Source of the DNA: Promethearchaeia archaeon
GTDB lineage: Archaea; Asgardarchaeota; Lokiarchaeia; Sigyniarchaeales; SOKP01
DNA: 64,000 nt
Direction: 5' to 3'
NCBI GenBank assembly: GCA_029856125.1
Contig: JAHQWJ010000014.1
Location: 96,001 to 160,000 of the forward strand
The notes beneath the pieces were generated by a model. The model ran no database searches, was not told where the DNA came from, and saw only the letters and a list, made by a program, of their open reading frames with translations. The translations under genes and the position numbers were made by a program. Position 1 is the stretch's first letter; every line of letters starts with the position of its first letter. Below are positions 29,635-38,683 of this stretch, piece by piece.

Positions 29635-30633
29635 CTATAGATTTTCAATTTCTGAGGGAACATATCCAAAAGTGTTTAAGAATCGCTTTTTCACGCTTGC
29701 AATGTCATAAACTTGTGTTTGAGCACCACTAGTTTCTACAACAAAAGAGCCTACAGTTGAGCCTAAACGACAAGCATTTTTCAAACTCATATTTAGAATC
29801 AATCCAGATAGAAAACCCGCTCGATATCCATCTCCTGCACCTGTGGTGTCAATTACCTTGTTAGGATTCGAAATTGGAATTTCGATAGATTCTAGTTTTC
29901 CAGAAGGTGTTTTTGTAATAATTTCAGAACCTTCTGACCCCTTAGTTTTTACTATCGTACTGACATGTTCGAGTAAATCGTTTTCGGTCATCCCTGTCTT
30001 GCTCATAACTTGATTAATTTCGTAAGTATTTCCTATTAATATTTCTGATTTGGTTAATATGTTCAGCAAGTTATCTTTGGAAAATAAAGGAGTGATTTGT
30101 CCGGGGTCAAATATCATAGGGATTTTTAACTCGCTTAATTGATCGGCAAAATTCTTCATCGCATCGATGCCTTGGGTAGAATTTATTGCATAGGCATACT
30201 GTTCAGGATCATTAATTTTCTTTCGCAAATCTATATTTTTACCAGCATCTAACGCTCCTCCGTGAAAGATTATCATCTGATTTGATTTTTTATCGTTTAC
30301 AATGTAGCACGCTGCCGTAAACAGATCGGTTTGAATATCTACGTTCAAATCAATGTTGAGGAATTTTGTTATGTGATTTTTATACCCTAAACTTTCGAAG
30401 TCTTCACCAACAGAACCTAAGAGCGAGACGGGGGATAAATTTAATAATCCAAGATTATATGCGATGTTTCCCGCAGTTCCACCAAAATGTTGAATGCGAC
30501 TATTGGCAGTTACCGTGCTTTGATATTCTTTTTTCTCGTAATCAATAGACACAGCATTTACAAAGTTTTCGTCAAATCCCATGATATAATCAAAGGCAAG
30601 GGAACCCAATACAATAACTTTATTTCGTTTCAT
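29635..30633 (-). CDS. PfkB family carbohydrate/nucleoside kinase
   Basis: GSLAFD, GGTAGNIAY, FDPGQ, DTTGAGDGYRAG. Confidence 0.92.
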   Translation of the reverse strand: MKRNKVIVLGSLAFDYIMGFDENFVNAVSIDYEKKEYQSTVTANSRIQHFGGTAGNIAYNLGLLNLSPVSLLGSVGEDFESLGYKNHITKFLNIDLNVDIQTDLFTAACYIVNDKKSNQMIIFHGGALDAGKNIDLRKKINDPEQYAYAINSTQGIDAMKNFADQLSELKIPMIFDPGQITPLFSKDNLLNILTKSEILIGNTYEINQVMSKTGMTENDLLEHVSTIVKTKGSEGSEIITKTPSGKLESIEIPISNPNKVIDTTGAGDGYRAGFLSGLILNMSLKNACRLGSTVGSFVVETSGAQTQVYDIASVKKRFLNTFGYVPSEIENL

Positions 30634-30770
30634 TTCAGTCTTAACCTATTATAAAGTGTAGTAAAGCGATAATATAGTACTTTTAAGCATTAAATTTAGA
30701 TTTTATGAAATAACTAACTTATTAAATTTAAGAGTTCTACTTTTAACTTATCAAATACTCTTTCTATTGT

Positions 30771-31397
30771 ATGAATAAACTCATAGCATCTATTGAATCA
30801 CTAAAAGACAATAATATTTCTAGTGTTATAACTGAGCGTATTAAGGAATTCTCTGAATTAGGAGAATTACCGATTGAAAAAATATTTGAAGAACTATGTT
30901 TTTGTATCCTAACTGCTAATTGTGCTGCAATAAGCTGTATTGAGGTTCAGAAAAGAATAAATATTGGATTTTTGAATTATTCTGAAGAAGAATTAAGAAA
31001 CAAATTCAAGGAATATGGTTATCGTTTTCCTAATATAAGAGCAAAGTACATAGTTGAGGCTAGGGAACATATTTTAGATATTAAAAAAAAAATTAATTCA
31101 AACATGGATGAAATGATGATAAGAGAATGGTTAGCTAAAACCATTAAGGGATTAGGGTACAAAGAGGCTAGCCATTTTTTACGAAATATAGGGTTCAAAA
31201 ATATTGCTATAATAGATTTTCACATAATAGATATTTTAGAAAAATTCCGAATTATCCAAAAACCAAAATCTCTATCCAAGAAGAAATATATTGAGATTGA
31301 ACAAGTTCTTAAAAAAATAGGAGATCGTGTTAATTTGGATTTAGATGAATTAGATTTGTACCTATGGTATATGGAAACTGAAAAAGTGTTAAAATAA
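30771..31397 (+). CDS. ogg: 8-oxoguanine N-glycosylase/DNA lyase (archaeal Ogg type)
   Basis: ELCFCILTAN, RFPNIRAKYI, KGLGYKEASHFLRN, AIIDFHI, LDLYLWY. Confidence 0.9.
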   Translation: MNKLIASIESLKDNNISSVITERIKEFSELGELPIEKIFEELCFCILTANCAAISCIEVQKRINIGFLNYSEEELRNKFKEYGYRFPNIRAKYIVEAREHILDIKKKINSNMDEMMIREWLAKTIKGLGYKEASHFLRNIGFKNIAIIDFHIIDILEKFRIIQKPKSLSKKKYIEIEQVLKKIGDRVNLDLDELDLYLWYMETEKVLK

Positions 31398-31411
31398 AAG
31401 ATCGACTACTG

Positions 31412-31678
31412 TTACAAATTATCCAATGGTAAATCTAAATCTACTTCAGCAGATTTTAATTTTTTCATGAATTCAACTGTTCCGACTTCATTTACCATTA
31501 ATTCTAATAAGTTTCCGTAGAGATTTTCAATGTTATCTTGCCCTATTTTAAGGTATATGTCTTCAGAGGGGAGCGTAATCTTTAAGACTTCGTAAAGACC
31601 TCGGATACAGTCTTTAATATTCTCAAAATTCATTAGTGCCTTTTTCGTTGATTCGTAAACAATATCGGTTTTTTCCAT
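31412..31678 (-). CDS. Hypothetical small helical protein
   Basis: 88-aa ORF. Confidence 0.6.
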   Translation of the reverse strand: MEKTDIVYESTKKALMNFENIKDCIRGLYEVLKITLPSEDIYLKIGQDNIENLYGNLLELMVNEVGTVEFMKKLKSAEVDLDLPLDNL

Positions 31679-32054
31679 TTTTAATTATTACACCGTAAAC
31701 GTGTTTTCCGTTGTACTAAATGAAAAATTTAAGGTTTAAATAATAGTTGGTATTTGGACAATTGCGTGACTAAAGAACAAAATAAAAAAATCCAATATCA
31801 CCTATATTATGTTTTAGGGCGGGCTAGTTCTCGTTTATAAATTATTAGGGTGATCTTTATACATTAATATAATTAGTTATAGAAAGCTAGTTTCAATCCA
31901 AAATTAATGATATTACATTTTATCTTTTTGTCAGAGCAAAATTCTTGCCTTAATTTCTAATAACTTAGATATAAATATTTTTAATTTTTTTATAAATTAG
32001 TTCCGAACAGAAAAGAAAACGCAATTTTTTAACTAATTATAATAACTTTTCACC

Positions 32055-33104
32055 ATGAAGAAATTAATTGATGCTGTAATATACACAGATATTCACGATG
32101 AACTGGGCCCTAATCCTATTCATTGGTTTCCGCCGAATTTACCTGAATCTGTCAGAATGTTAGTAGGAATTAAAACTGTAACAATACTTACAGGTGATCA
32201 AGGTTCTGTACCAGATTCGCTTTTAATAATTCCTTTTCCAGCTTTAAAATTGAAAGGATTAATTAAGTATATAGAAAGGGAAGACGAAAGTAAAAGAGGT
32301 GGATTTGCAAGAAGCGCAATAACATTCTTGTTTAAAGAAACAGATGACGTCATTTTCTATAAATATATGAGCTACCTCAAATCTCCTTTCGATGAAACAA
32401 CGAGAAGGATTATTGAATTAGAGAATAGAAATGTAGAACGTAAAAGGATTTTTGAAGAGATTACAATTTTACAGGATAGCGTCAGTAAGCTATTAGACGA
32501 TTTTAGAACCAAAGAAATAACTTCACCAGCATCGAAAGAATTCCCTGAAAAACGAATCAAAGATGATAAAATTGTAGACTATAGGCTTAAACTCGTAGTT
32601 GTTGGAGACCCTGGCGTAGGGAAGACATCGACAATTTTGCGATTTACTGATAATGCGTTCTTAAGAACTTACGTTCCGACCCTTGGCGTATCTATCACTG
32701 AAAAACTATTTAATACTCAAAGTGGAATCATAGAAATGATTTTGTGGGACATTGCTGGACAAACAAAGTTTGAAACGATGAGAAGACATTTCTATCAAGG
32801 CTCTGAGGCGATATTACTTATTTTTGATTTGACAAATCGAATGTCTTTTACGAGTATAAAAAATTGGTATCACGATGTTATGAATAATATGGAGAAACAC
32901 CACCATCAAATGGTTGGATATATTTTTGGTAATAAAAGTGATCTAACAGAAGTACGAAAAGTTAAATTAGTTGAGGCATTAGCCTTAGCCAAGGAATTGA
33001 ATTTGAAATATATTGAAACATCTGCTAAAACTGGGAAAAATGTCGAATATGCTTTCTATGATATAGCAGAAACAGTTGTAAAATTACGTTTGAACAAACC
33101 TTAA
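32055..33104 (+). CDS. uDENN/longin-like domain fused to Rab-like small GTPase
   Basis: G1 GDPGVGKT, G2 PTLG, G3 WDIAGQ, Rab-like FETMRRHFYQGSEAILLIFDLT, G4 NKSD, G5 ETSAK; no C-terminal Cys prenylation motif. Confidence 0.9.
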   Translation: MKKLIDAVIYTDIHDELGPNPIHWFPPNLPESVRMLVGIKTVTILTGDQGSVPDSLLIIPFPALKLKGLIKYIEREDESKRGGFARSAITFLFKETDDVIFYKYMSYLKSPFDETTRRIIELENRNVERKRIFEEITILQDSVSKLLDDFRTKEITSPASKEFPEKRIKDDKIVDYRLKLVVVGDPGVGKTSTILRFTDNAFLRTYVPTLGVSITEKLFNTQSGIIEMILWDIAGQTKFETMRRHFYQGSEAILLIFDLTNRMSFTSIKNWYHDVMNNMEKHHHQMVGYIFGNKSDLTEVRKVKLVEALALAKELNLKYIETSAKTGKNVEYAFYDIAETVVKLRLNKP

Positions 33105-33115
33105 AGGTAATAAAT

Positions 33116-33691
33116 ATGGATATTGAAGAAGCAATATATAAAAGAAGAACTATAAGAAGGTTTAAGCTAGATCCAATTTCAAGAGATATTCTGAAAAAAT
33201 TAATTGATTACGCTCGAGTTGCTCCAATGGCCCGGAACGTTCAAGGTTTGGAGTTTGTTATTGTTGAAAGTAGTGAAATAAGAGAAAAATTATTTAAACT
33301 AATTAAATTTGCAGGTTCTTTACCTGAAGACCAGCGAACTCCAGAACCAGGAAGAGAACCTTCAGCGTACATAATAGTGCTTGTTAATACAGAAATTAAA
33401 CCGTCGTTTTTTGATTTTGATGTTGGAGCAGCGGTAGAAAATATATTATTAGGGGCAGTTAAATATGGGATAGGGAGTTGCTGGATGGCTAACATTAAAG
33501 CCCGAAAAATTAAATCGCTATTGGAAATTCCAGATCAATATCAAGTTAAACATGTAATCAGCTTAGGATATCCTGATGAAGAATCATTTATGGAACCGTA
33601 TGAAGATTCTTATAAATATTGGAAAAATCCCGATGGTACTATGCATGTACCAAAAAGAGACTTAGATGATATTATTTACAAAATCTTTTAA
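33116..33691 (+). CDS. Nitroreductase family protein
   Basis: RRTIRRF, APMARNVQ, DVGAAVENILL, GIGSCW, ISLGYP, PKR. Confidence 0.92.
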   Translation: MDIEEAIYKRRTIRRFKLDPISRDILKKLIDYARVAPMARNVQGLEFVIVESSEIREKLFKLIKFAGSLPEDQRTPEPGREPSAYIIVLVNTEIKPSFFDFDVGAAVENILLGAVKYGIGSCWMANIKARKIKSLLEIPDQYQVKHVISLGYPDEESFMEPYEDSYKYWKNPDGTMHVPKRDLDDIIYKIF

Positions 33692-33734
33692 AAATTAAAT
33701 AAGAGCTTCCATATCCCGCAATTATTTTTAATTT
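33620..33734 (+). repeat. 115-bp direct repeat copy 1 (nitroreductase 3' end + downstream sequence)
   Basis: Matches 34976-35090 ungapped with 2 mismatches. Confidence 0.95.
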
Positions 33735-33842
33735 AATTTGATTGAAAATCAGCTGATATCTCTTCTTTTATAGATAATGAACCCTATTAGTATAATATAT
33801 GAAAAAGTGAAAATTAATATCTCTCATTATTTTAAAAGAGTA

Positions 33843-34667
33843 TTATGAATTAATTTTTATTATTAAACTTCTTTTTTGTATAATCTGATGTAAATAAAAA
33901 CCATAGAGAATTAAAACTATTCCTATAAAATAAAAGAGTAAGGGAAAATAAGGAGTGTAGAAAATGTAATAATAGGTATAATTAATCATACTCATTATTG
34001 AAAAAAATGTTATTAATAAGATAAATAAACCCATCCAAATTGAAAAAACAGCCTTATTTTTTCTCTCTTGTGTCGTGTGTGTTATTTTTATCGAATATTT
34101 ACTAAATATTAATAAAACAATTCCAATTAGAAAAGGTAATAAAAAAAAAGGAAATACATGGAGCATAGTTTCAGGTCTAAATGAAACTATTGTCATGATG
34201 ATTGAAAATCCATATGTTAGTGAAATAATTAACCCTATTATGAACAATACAATCCCTAATATTTTTTTTTCTTTTTTTTTTTTTTCCTCATCTTTTAACT
34301 TTATTTTATGAAAAAACAACCTAATTCCGAGATAGATTAATCCTATACCTAAAAGAATTTCGCTAATATTAACAATGGTTAAAGAATCTATAATTATCAC
34401 TGTAATAGATAATATTATGATTAATATTCCTATTAAAAATATAATAAGAGCAATCTTTTTTTTTACTCTAGCGTTAACGGACATAACTAGAATACCAAAT
34501 AAAATCAAAATAACGCCGTACAACATTAAAATGATAAAAAATATCAACATAAAATACAAAATAGTTTTTGATAATAAATCTATTAATCGAACTACTACAA
34601 AAATTAATAAGAAAACCCCTCCAAGCAGAAAACAAAATCCATATCTCCGTCTTTCTATTTTTTCCAT
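33843..34667 (-). CDS. Very hydrophobic membrane protein built from four 2-TM repeat units
   Basis: Units start RRRYG/KKKIA/KKILG/KNKAV each followed by a TM pair; extremely AT-rich. Confidence 0.7.
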   Translation of the reverse strand: MEKIERRRYGFCFLLGGVFLLIFVVVRLIDLLSKTILYFMLIFFIILMLYGVILILFGILVMSVNARVKKKIALIIFLIGILIIILSITVIIIDSLTIVNISEILLGIGLIYLGIRLFFHKIKLKDEEKKKKEKKILGIVLFIIGLIISLTYGFSIIMTIVSFRPETMLHVFPFFLLPFLIGIVLLIFSKYSIKITHTTQERKNKAVFSIWMGLFILLITFFSIMSMINYTYYYIFYTPYFPLLFYFIGIVLILYGFYLHQIIQKRSLIIKINS

Positions 34668-34744
34668 CTAATTAACCTGTAAGATTTTCTTAAAAAAAAA
34701 AAGGTAATAAAATGTTTTAATGTTTTTGATTAGTTGTTATATTC

Positions 34745-34975
34745 TTATTTTACGATATAATTATGCCCTTCAATAATAAATGTAAATCCTGAAAAAACCT
34801 GATTAGGAGGCGACATAAATTCTATATCAATGAACTCAGAGGTACCGTTGTTGTGAATGGCTCCCAGTACGTCAACCCGGTTATCATCACTAAACTTTAA
34901 CTCGGGTAACACATTTCCTAGAGAAGAGTGAAACGCTGATTTAAGAGCTAAGGGTACTAATAATCCATTGGAGAG
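34745..34975 (-). pseudogene. Truncated 3' part of an unknown gene, cut at the repeat junction
   Basis: Open frame to stop 34745; the track ATG (35002) lies inside the antisense of duplicated nitroreductase DNA, so ORF is chimeric. Confidence 0.5.
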
Positions 34976-35090
34976 TGGAAAAATCCCGATGGTACTATGC
35001 ATGTACCAAAAAGAGACTTAGATGATATTATTTACAAAATCTTTTAAAAATTAAATTAGAGCTTCCATATCCCGCAATTATTTGTAATTT
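34976..35090 (+). repeat. 115-bp direct repeat copy 2
   Basis: Matches 33620-33734 with 2 mismatches (offset 1356). Confidence 0.95.
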
Positions 35091-35133
35091 TTATAAATCT
35101 CTAATCTTTTCCTTTTCTTTAAATTTTTTATTG

Positions 35134-35199
35134 GCGTATGCAAAAACATAAATTGGAAAGTCTTATTTTAAAGGTGGAATAAAAGAGAGAAATAATAAT
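35134..35199 (+). repeat. 66-bp imperfect direct repeat copy A (downstream of LRR gene)
   Basis: Ungapped match to 36016-36081, last 21 bp identical (ATAAAAGAGAGAAATAATAAT). Confidence 0.85.
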
Positions 35200-35206
35200 T
35201 TAGAAA

Positions 35207-35892
35207 TTAGTTCTTCTTGTTTTTTCGACAATAAGCAACGCATTTCTTAACATTTAAAGGGTGTTCATCAGTACCATAAATAGCGTTCTCGTCTATAACC
35301 TGCTCGAGGATCTCAGATGGATACTCTCTTCCTCGAATTCAAGTATCTCAAGCTTACCTAAATGCTCTAAGCCCTTTAACTCGGTGATTTGATTATTTAA
35401 TAAATCAAGTTCCCTCAGCTCCCCAAGATTATCTAATCCCGTAATCTCTTTTATTTCATTGGATTGTAGATCGAGATAGCGCAATTTTTTAAGATTCTCC
35501 AACCCTTTAATCTCTGAAATTTTGTTTTCAGACAAATCTAAGCAAGTAAGATTAGTTAGGTTTTCTAATCCTTTAATTTCGGTGATTTGATTGCGTTTGA
35601 GATCTAAATCGTAAAGGTTAACTAATTTCTCTAATCCTTTAATTTCAATGATTTGATTGTAGGATAACCTTAATACTTTCAGATTTGATAAGCTTTCAAG
35701 CCCATTGATTTCTGTTATTTCGTTAATCGATAAATCTAAAACTTCCAAGTTGTTCAAGCGTTCAAGATCCTCAATATCGCCAATATCTCTTATATCTCTA
35801 CTGCCTAAATCTAAAAGTCCCTTGGAATCTTTATAATATTCGACATAACAACGTTCTTTTCCAATTACAACGAAATCTTTGCGTTCTTGCAT
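35207..35892 (-). pseudogene. SDS22-like leucine-rich repeat protein with a frameshift near its 3' end (track ORF 35293-35892)
   Basis: LxxLDLSxNxIxEIxGLExL repeats; alternative frame after GAGAG run (35324-35329) continues YPSEILEQVIDENAIYGTDEHPLNVKKCVAYCRKNKKN*. Confidence 0.72.
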
Positions 35893-36015
35893 AGTTTATT
35901 CACCTACCGCTTAATTGGTTAATTATGTAATCGAAACAATCCTATTTAAATACAGAGCATCCACCGGATTATCATTGAATTACAATAAAATTTGGAAAAT
36001 TAAAAAAAAATTGAT

Positions 36016-36081
36016 GCATATCCCAAAATGTAAGTTGGAAGATATCATTTTAAGGGTGGTATAAAAGAGAGAAATAATAAT
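36016..36081 (+). repeat. 66-bp imperfect direct repeat copy B (upstream of LRR gene)
   Basis: Ungapped match to 35134-35199 (offset 882). Confidence 0.85.
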
Positions 36082-36158
36082 GAAATTTGCCCTCCTCTTA
36101 CTCTCTCTTAATTAAATTACTTGAATAACAACTGTTTAAAGCGTTAAATACCCCACCC

Positions 36159-36182
36159 ATAGATTTTTGTCATAAAATCTAT
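36159..36182. promoter_or_regulatory. Perfect inverted repeat ATAGATTTT-N6-AAAATCTAT, possible operator
   Basis: Intergenic between divergent LRR gene and 36454; AT-rich so chance is possible. Confidence 0.35.
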
Positions 36183-36453
36183 TAAAATAGATATTGTTTA
36201 TGAAAATATAAGCTTTGTTCCCCAGAATTGAGGAAAATTTTTCGGTGGGTTCCTAGATGTCCTCAATCACGGAGAAAAATTTAGTCATTCTCTAAATTTA
36301 CGGCTTGGTTCTCATTTTTTATCAAAAATTCTGCTAAAAGAGTCGGAATTGTTAATCATTTTAACATTAAATTTATATTCAATTAAGGTCATTTAATATT
36401 TACGCTAAGTAATTTTATATGAATAAATATTTACAATTTGTTGCAAGATAAAT

Positions 36454-36975
36454 ATGTCAAATCAAAAAAACGAAAAAAAAATGGTAACCTTGGTTAGTCC
36501 ACTGTCAATGAGAGAGTTTGAGGCTTTATTGATAATTTTAAAGAACGATGGGGAGGAGTTAGCAGTTTTAAAAGCAGCAATCGATGTAAAATTTAAACTT
36601 GGAAGTAGAACTAAAGGGTACGATTATATAAGAAATCTGCGTAATAAAAATTTTATCGAAACTCTAGAAAAAAAAATTTATGTGAAAGAGAATATAAGGA
36701 GTGAATACGAGAGATTAATCTTACCCACAGTGAAAAATCTAAATGAATCGATAAAAAAACTTTCAAAGGATTACATGAACGAGATCAAAGAAGAAGAAAT
36801 ACTTATGGAGAAATTTAGAACCTATACAGAAACCCTTCTTCAGGGTATCAATCATGTGTTGGAGGATACACCGACAAAAAATATAAATAAAACAAAACTT
36901 CAAGGAAAAATAAAAGATACGATCTGGCGCTACTTTCGCGCAAAAATGTTAGAAATCGAGATGTTTTCAAAATAA
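36454..36975 (+). CDS. Hypothetical protein, possible winged-helix DNA-binding N-terminus
   Basis: LSMREFEALLIIL...SRTKGYDYIRNLRNKNFIE pattern, then helical region. Confidence 0.55.
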   Translation: MSNQKNEKKMVTLVSPLSMREFEALLIILKNDGEELAVLKAAIDVKFKLGSRTKGYDYIRNLRNKNFIETLEKKIYVKENIRSEYERLILPTVKNLNESIKKLSKDYMNEIKEEEILMEKFRTYTETLLQGINHVLEDTPTKNINKTKLQGKIKDTIWRYFRAKMLEIEMFSK

Positions 36976-36988
36976 AGACGCTATAAGT

Positions 36989-37789
36989 TTGATAGGAAAT
37001 AAATATGGAAGGTATGGAATAAAGTCAAAACTTTTAAAAATTCATACACTTTTGAGTAACAATACGTTGCTATTTCAAAATGAACTTACTATAAGATTAA
37101 TTATTGTTTCGATTTTTCAAATATGGCCTATTTTTTACTGTTCTTATTTCGCTTATAGATTACTAAAAAGAGCAAAAAATCGTTCGACTTATATTTTGAG
37201 TGCTTATTTCGCAACAACCGCTCTCACTTATTTCCTTGCAACTATTTCAACATATTTATCAAATACGCCCATATCTTACCCTGTTTATGTGATTTCAATT
37301 TACTTCTTTGTTTTTAGTTTTAGTTTTTTAATTAATTTCAGCTGGTTACTTACTAATCTTGATGTAAAATCGCGCAATACTACTTTTTACTTAAGACTAT
37401 CTATTTATGGCATCTTATCATCATACATTATTATTATAGGTGTTTTGTTTAATGGTATAACATTAAATGAAAGCACTGGTTGGATACCTGTTTACAGTTG
37501 GTTCCTTCTTGGGTTTAGTTGGATTTATTTCTTGCTTTTTTTAATTATTCCTCAAATATATTTATCTTTAAAAATTCTGAAAGTATATGAGGGTATTGTT
37601 CTAAAGAGAAGATTAAATAGGTTTATAATCAGCGTGTTTTTAGGGTTGTTAGTGCTTGTTTTTTTATTCCTGTATAACACATGGACTGAAAATGAACTTT
37701 TCAGAACATTTTATATTTTTATAATACCAGAATTAGCAACAATTGCTGCTTATTTAATATTCAAAGGATTTGGGAAGAATTTAGAGTAA
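36989..37789 (+). CDS. 7-TM membrane protein of unknown function
   Basis: Seven hydrophobic segments; GITLNESTGWIPVYSW loop; true start may be downstream TTG ~37067. Confidence 0.72.
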   Translation: MIGNKYGRYGIKSKLLKIHTLLSNNTLLFQNELTIRLIIVSIFQIWPIFYCSYFAYRLLKRAKNRSTYILSAYFATTALTYFLATISTYLSNTPISYPVYVISIYFFVFSFSFLINFSWLLTNLDVKSRNTTFYLRLSIYGILSSYIIIIGVLFNGITLNESTGWIPVYSWFLLGFSWIYFLLFLIIPQIYLSLKILKVYEGIVLKRRLNRFIISVFLGLLVLVFLFLYNTWTENELFRTFYIFIIPELATIAAYLIFKGFGKNLE

Positions 37790-37818
37790 CTAAACACTAA
37801 ATACGATTTTTATATATC

Positions 37819-38550
37819 CTAACTTTTATAGGAATTGTACAGATGTTTTAATGCGATTTCTGTTGATTCTTTAGCTTCATCAATACTGACCATCCCTATT
37901 GTAGTGCAACAGATATTATGCCTAGAAATATACTCATAAGCTTTATAAGGATTCAATTTACCGGCTGCTAGTGTTTTCATTCCTATAAAGTGATGATTTT
38001 TATGGCTATCTACTATCTTCTCTAGCTCTATTTGATTCCCCATTAAATAACCCCGAGCGTTGAAGGGAATTAAAAATGTTTTTACAGAAGGAATATTTTC
38101 GAACGCGTATTCCAAGGTAGAAACGGGATTATGAGCCGCAATTCCAGGTATAATTCCCATTGACTCAATCTCATCAATAAGTTTTTCTAGTTTCTCATCC
38201 ACTTTATCCGCGACCATTCCGTGGGCAAAAATGATTTTTGCTCCAAGTTCAGCTAATTCCTTAATGAGAGGATCAGGTCCCGGAAAAGTAGAGCCCGTAA
38301 TGACAAATTCGTTATGAGTTTCAGCCATTATTTTAGCTGCTTCGGTGACCTTTCCTGCTAGGATTATTTCGATTCCACGACCCCCTACTTCATAAGACGC
38401 TTCCAATATCTCTAGCACAGCGTCCGTATTATTCAAAAATTTTCTTCGATATACTCGCGCATTCTTTCCAAATTGTGAGGCACCTAAGAATGGCGAGGTT
38501 CCTACCGACACAAGTGGAATTTCTTGACCTTCGATTTTATAAAATATGAT
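37819..38550 (-). CDS. Conserved archaeal TIM-barrel/aldo-keto-reductase-like protein; probable ATC/ATA start
   Basis: GTSPFLGASQFG, PGIAAHNP, LIPFNARGY, GMKTLAAG; in-frame upstream IIFYKIEGQEIPLV with AGGTG at 38560-38556 (track start GTG 38511). Confidence 0.72.
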   Translation of the reverse strand: MIFYKIEGQEIPLVSVGTSPFLGASQFGKNARVYRRKFLNNTDAVLEILEASYEVGGRGIEIILAGKVTEAAKIMAETHNEFVITGSTFPGPDPLIKELAELGAKIIFAHGMVADKVDEKLEKLIDEIESMGIIPGIAAHNPVSTLEYAFENIPSVKTFLIPFNARGYLMGNQIELEKIVDSHKNHHFIGMKTLAAGKLNPYKAYEYISRHNICCTTIGMVSIDEAKESTEIALKHLYNSYKS

Positions 38551-38683
38551 GTCTACACCTTTTTACTTTAGTTTTTAAAACAAAATTCGTCAAATAATAA
38601 AACTTTTATGAGATTTAATTAATAATTTCAGATAACTACTAACTATAAAATATAATTATAAAAATGATTCAATTTGATGAGAA

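Noticed and set aside
34745-35002. 85-aa ORF as an intact gene
   Set aside because: Its start codon comes from the antisense of the duplicated nitroreductase segment; treated as a fragment
33620-36081. Integron or IS element
   Set aside because: No integrase/transposase or terminal inverted repeats recognised; repeats lack clear attC features by eye
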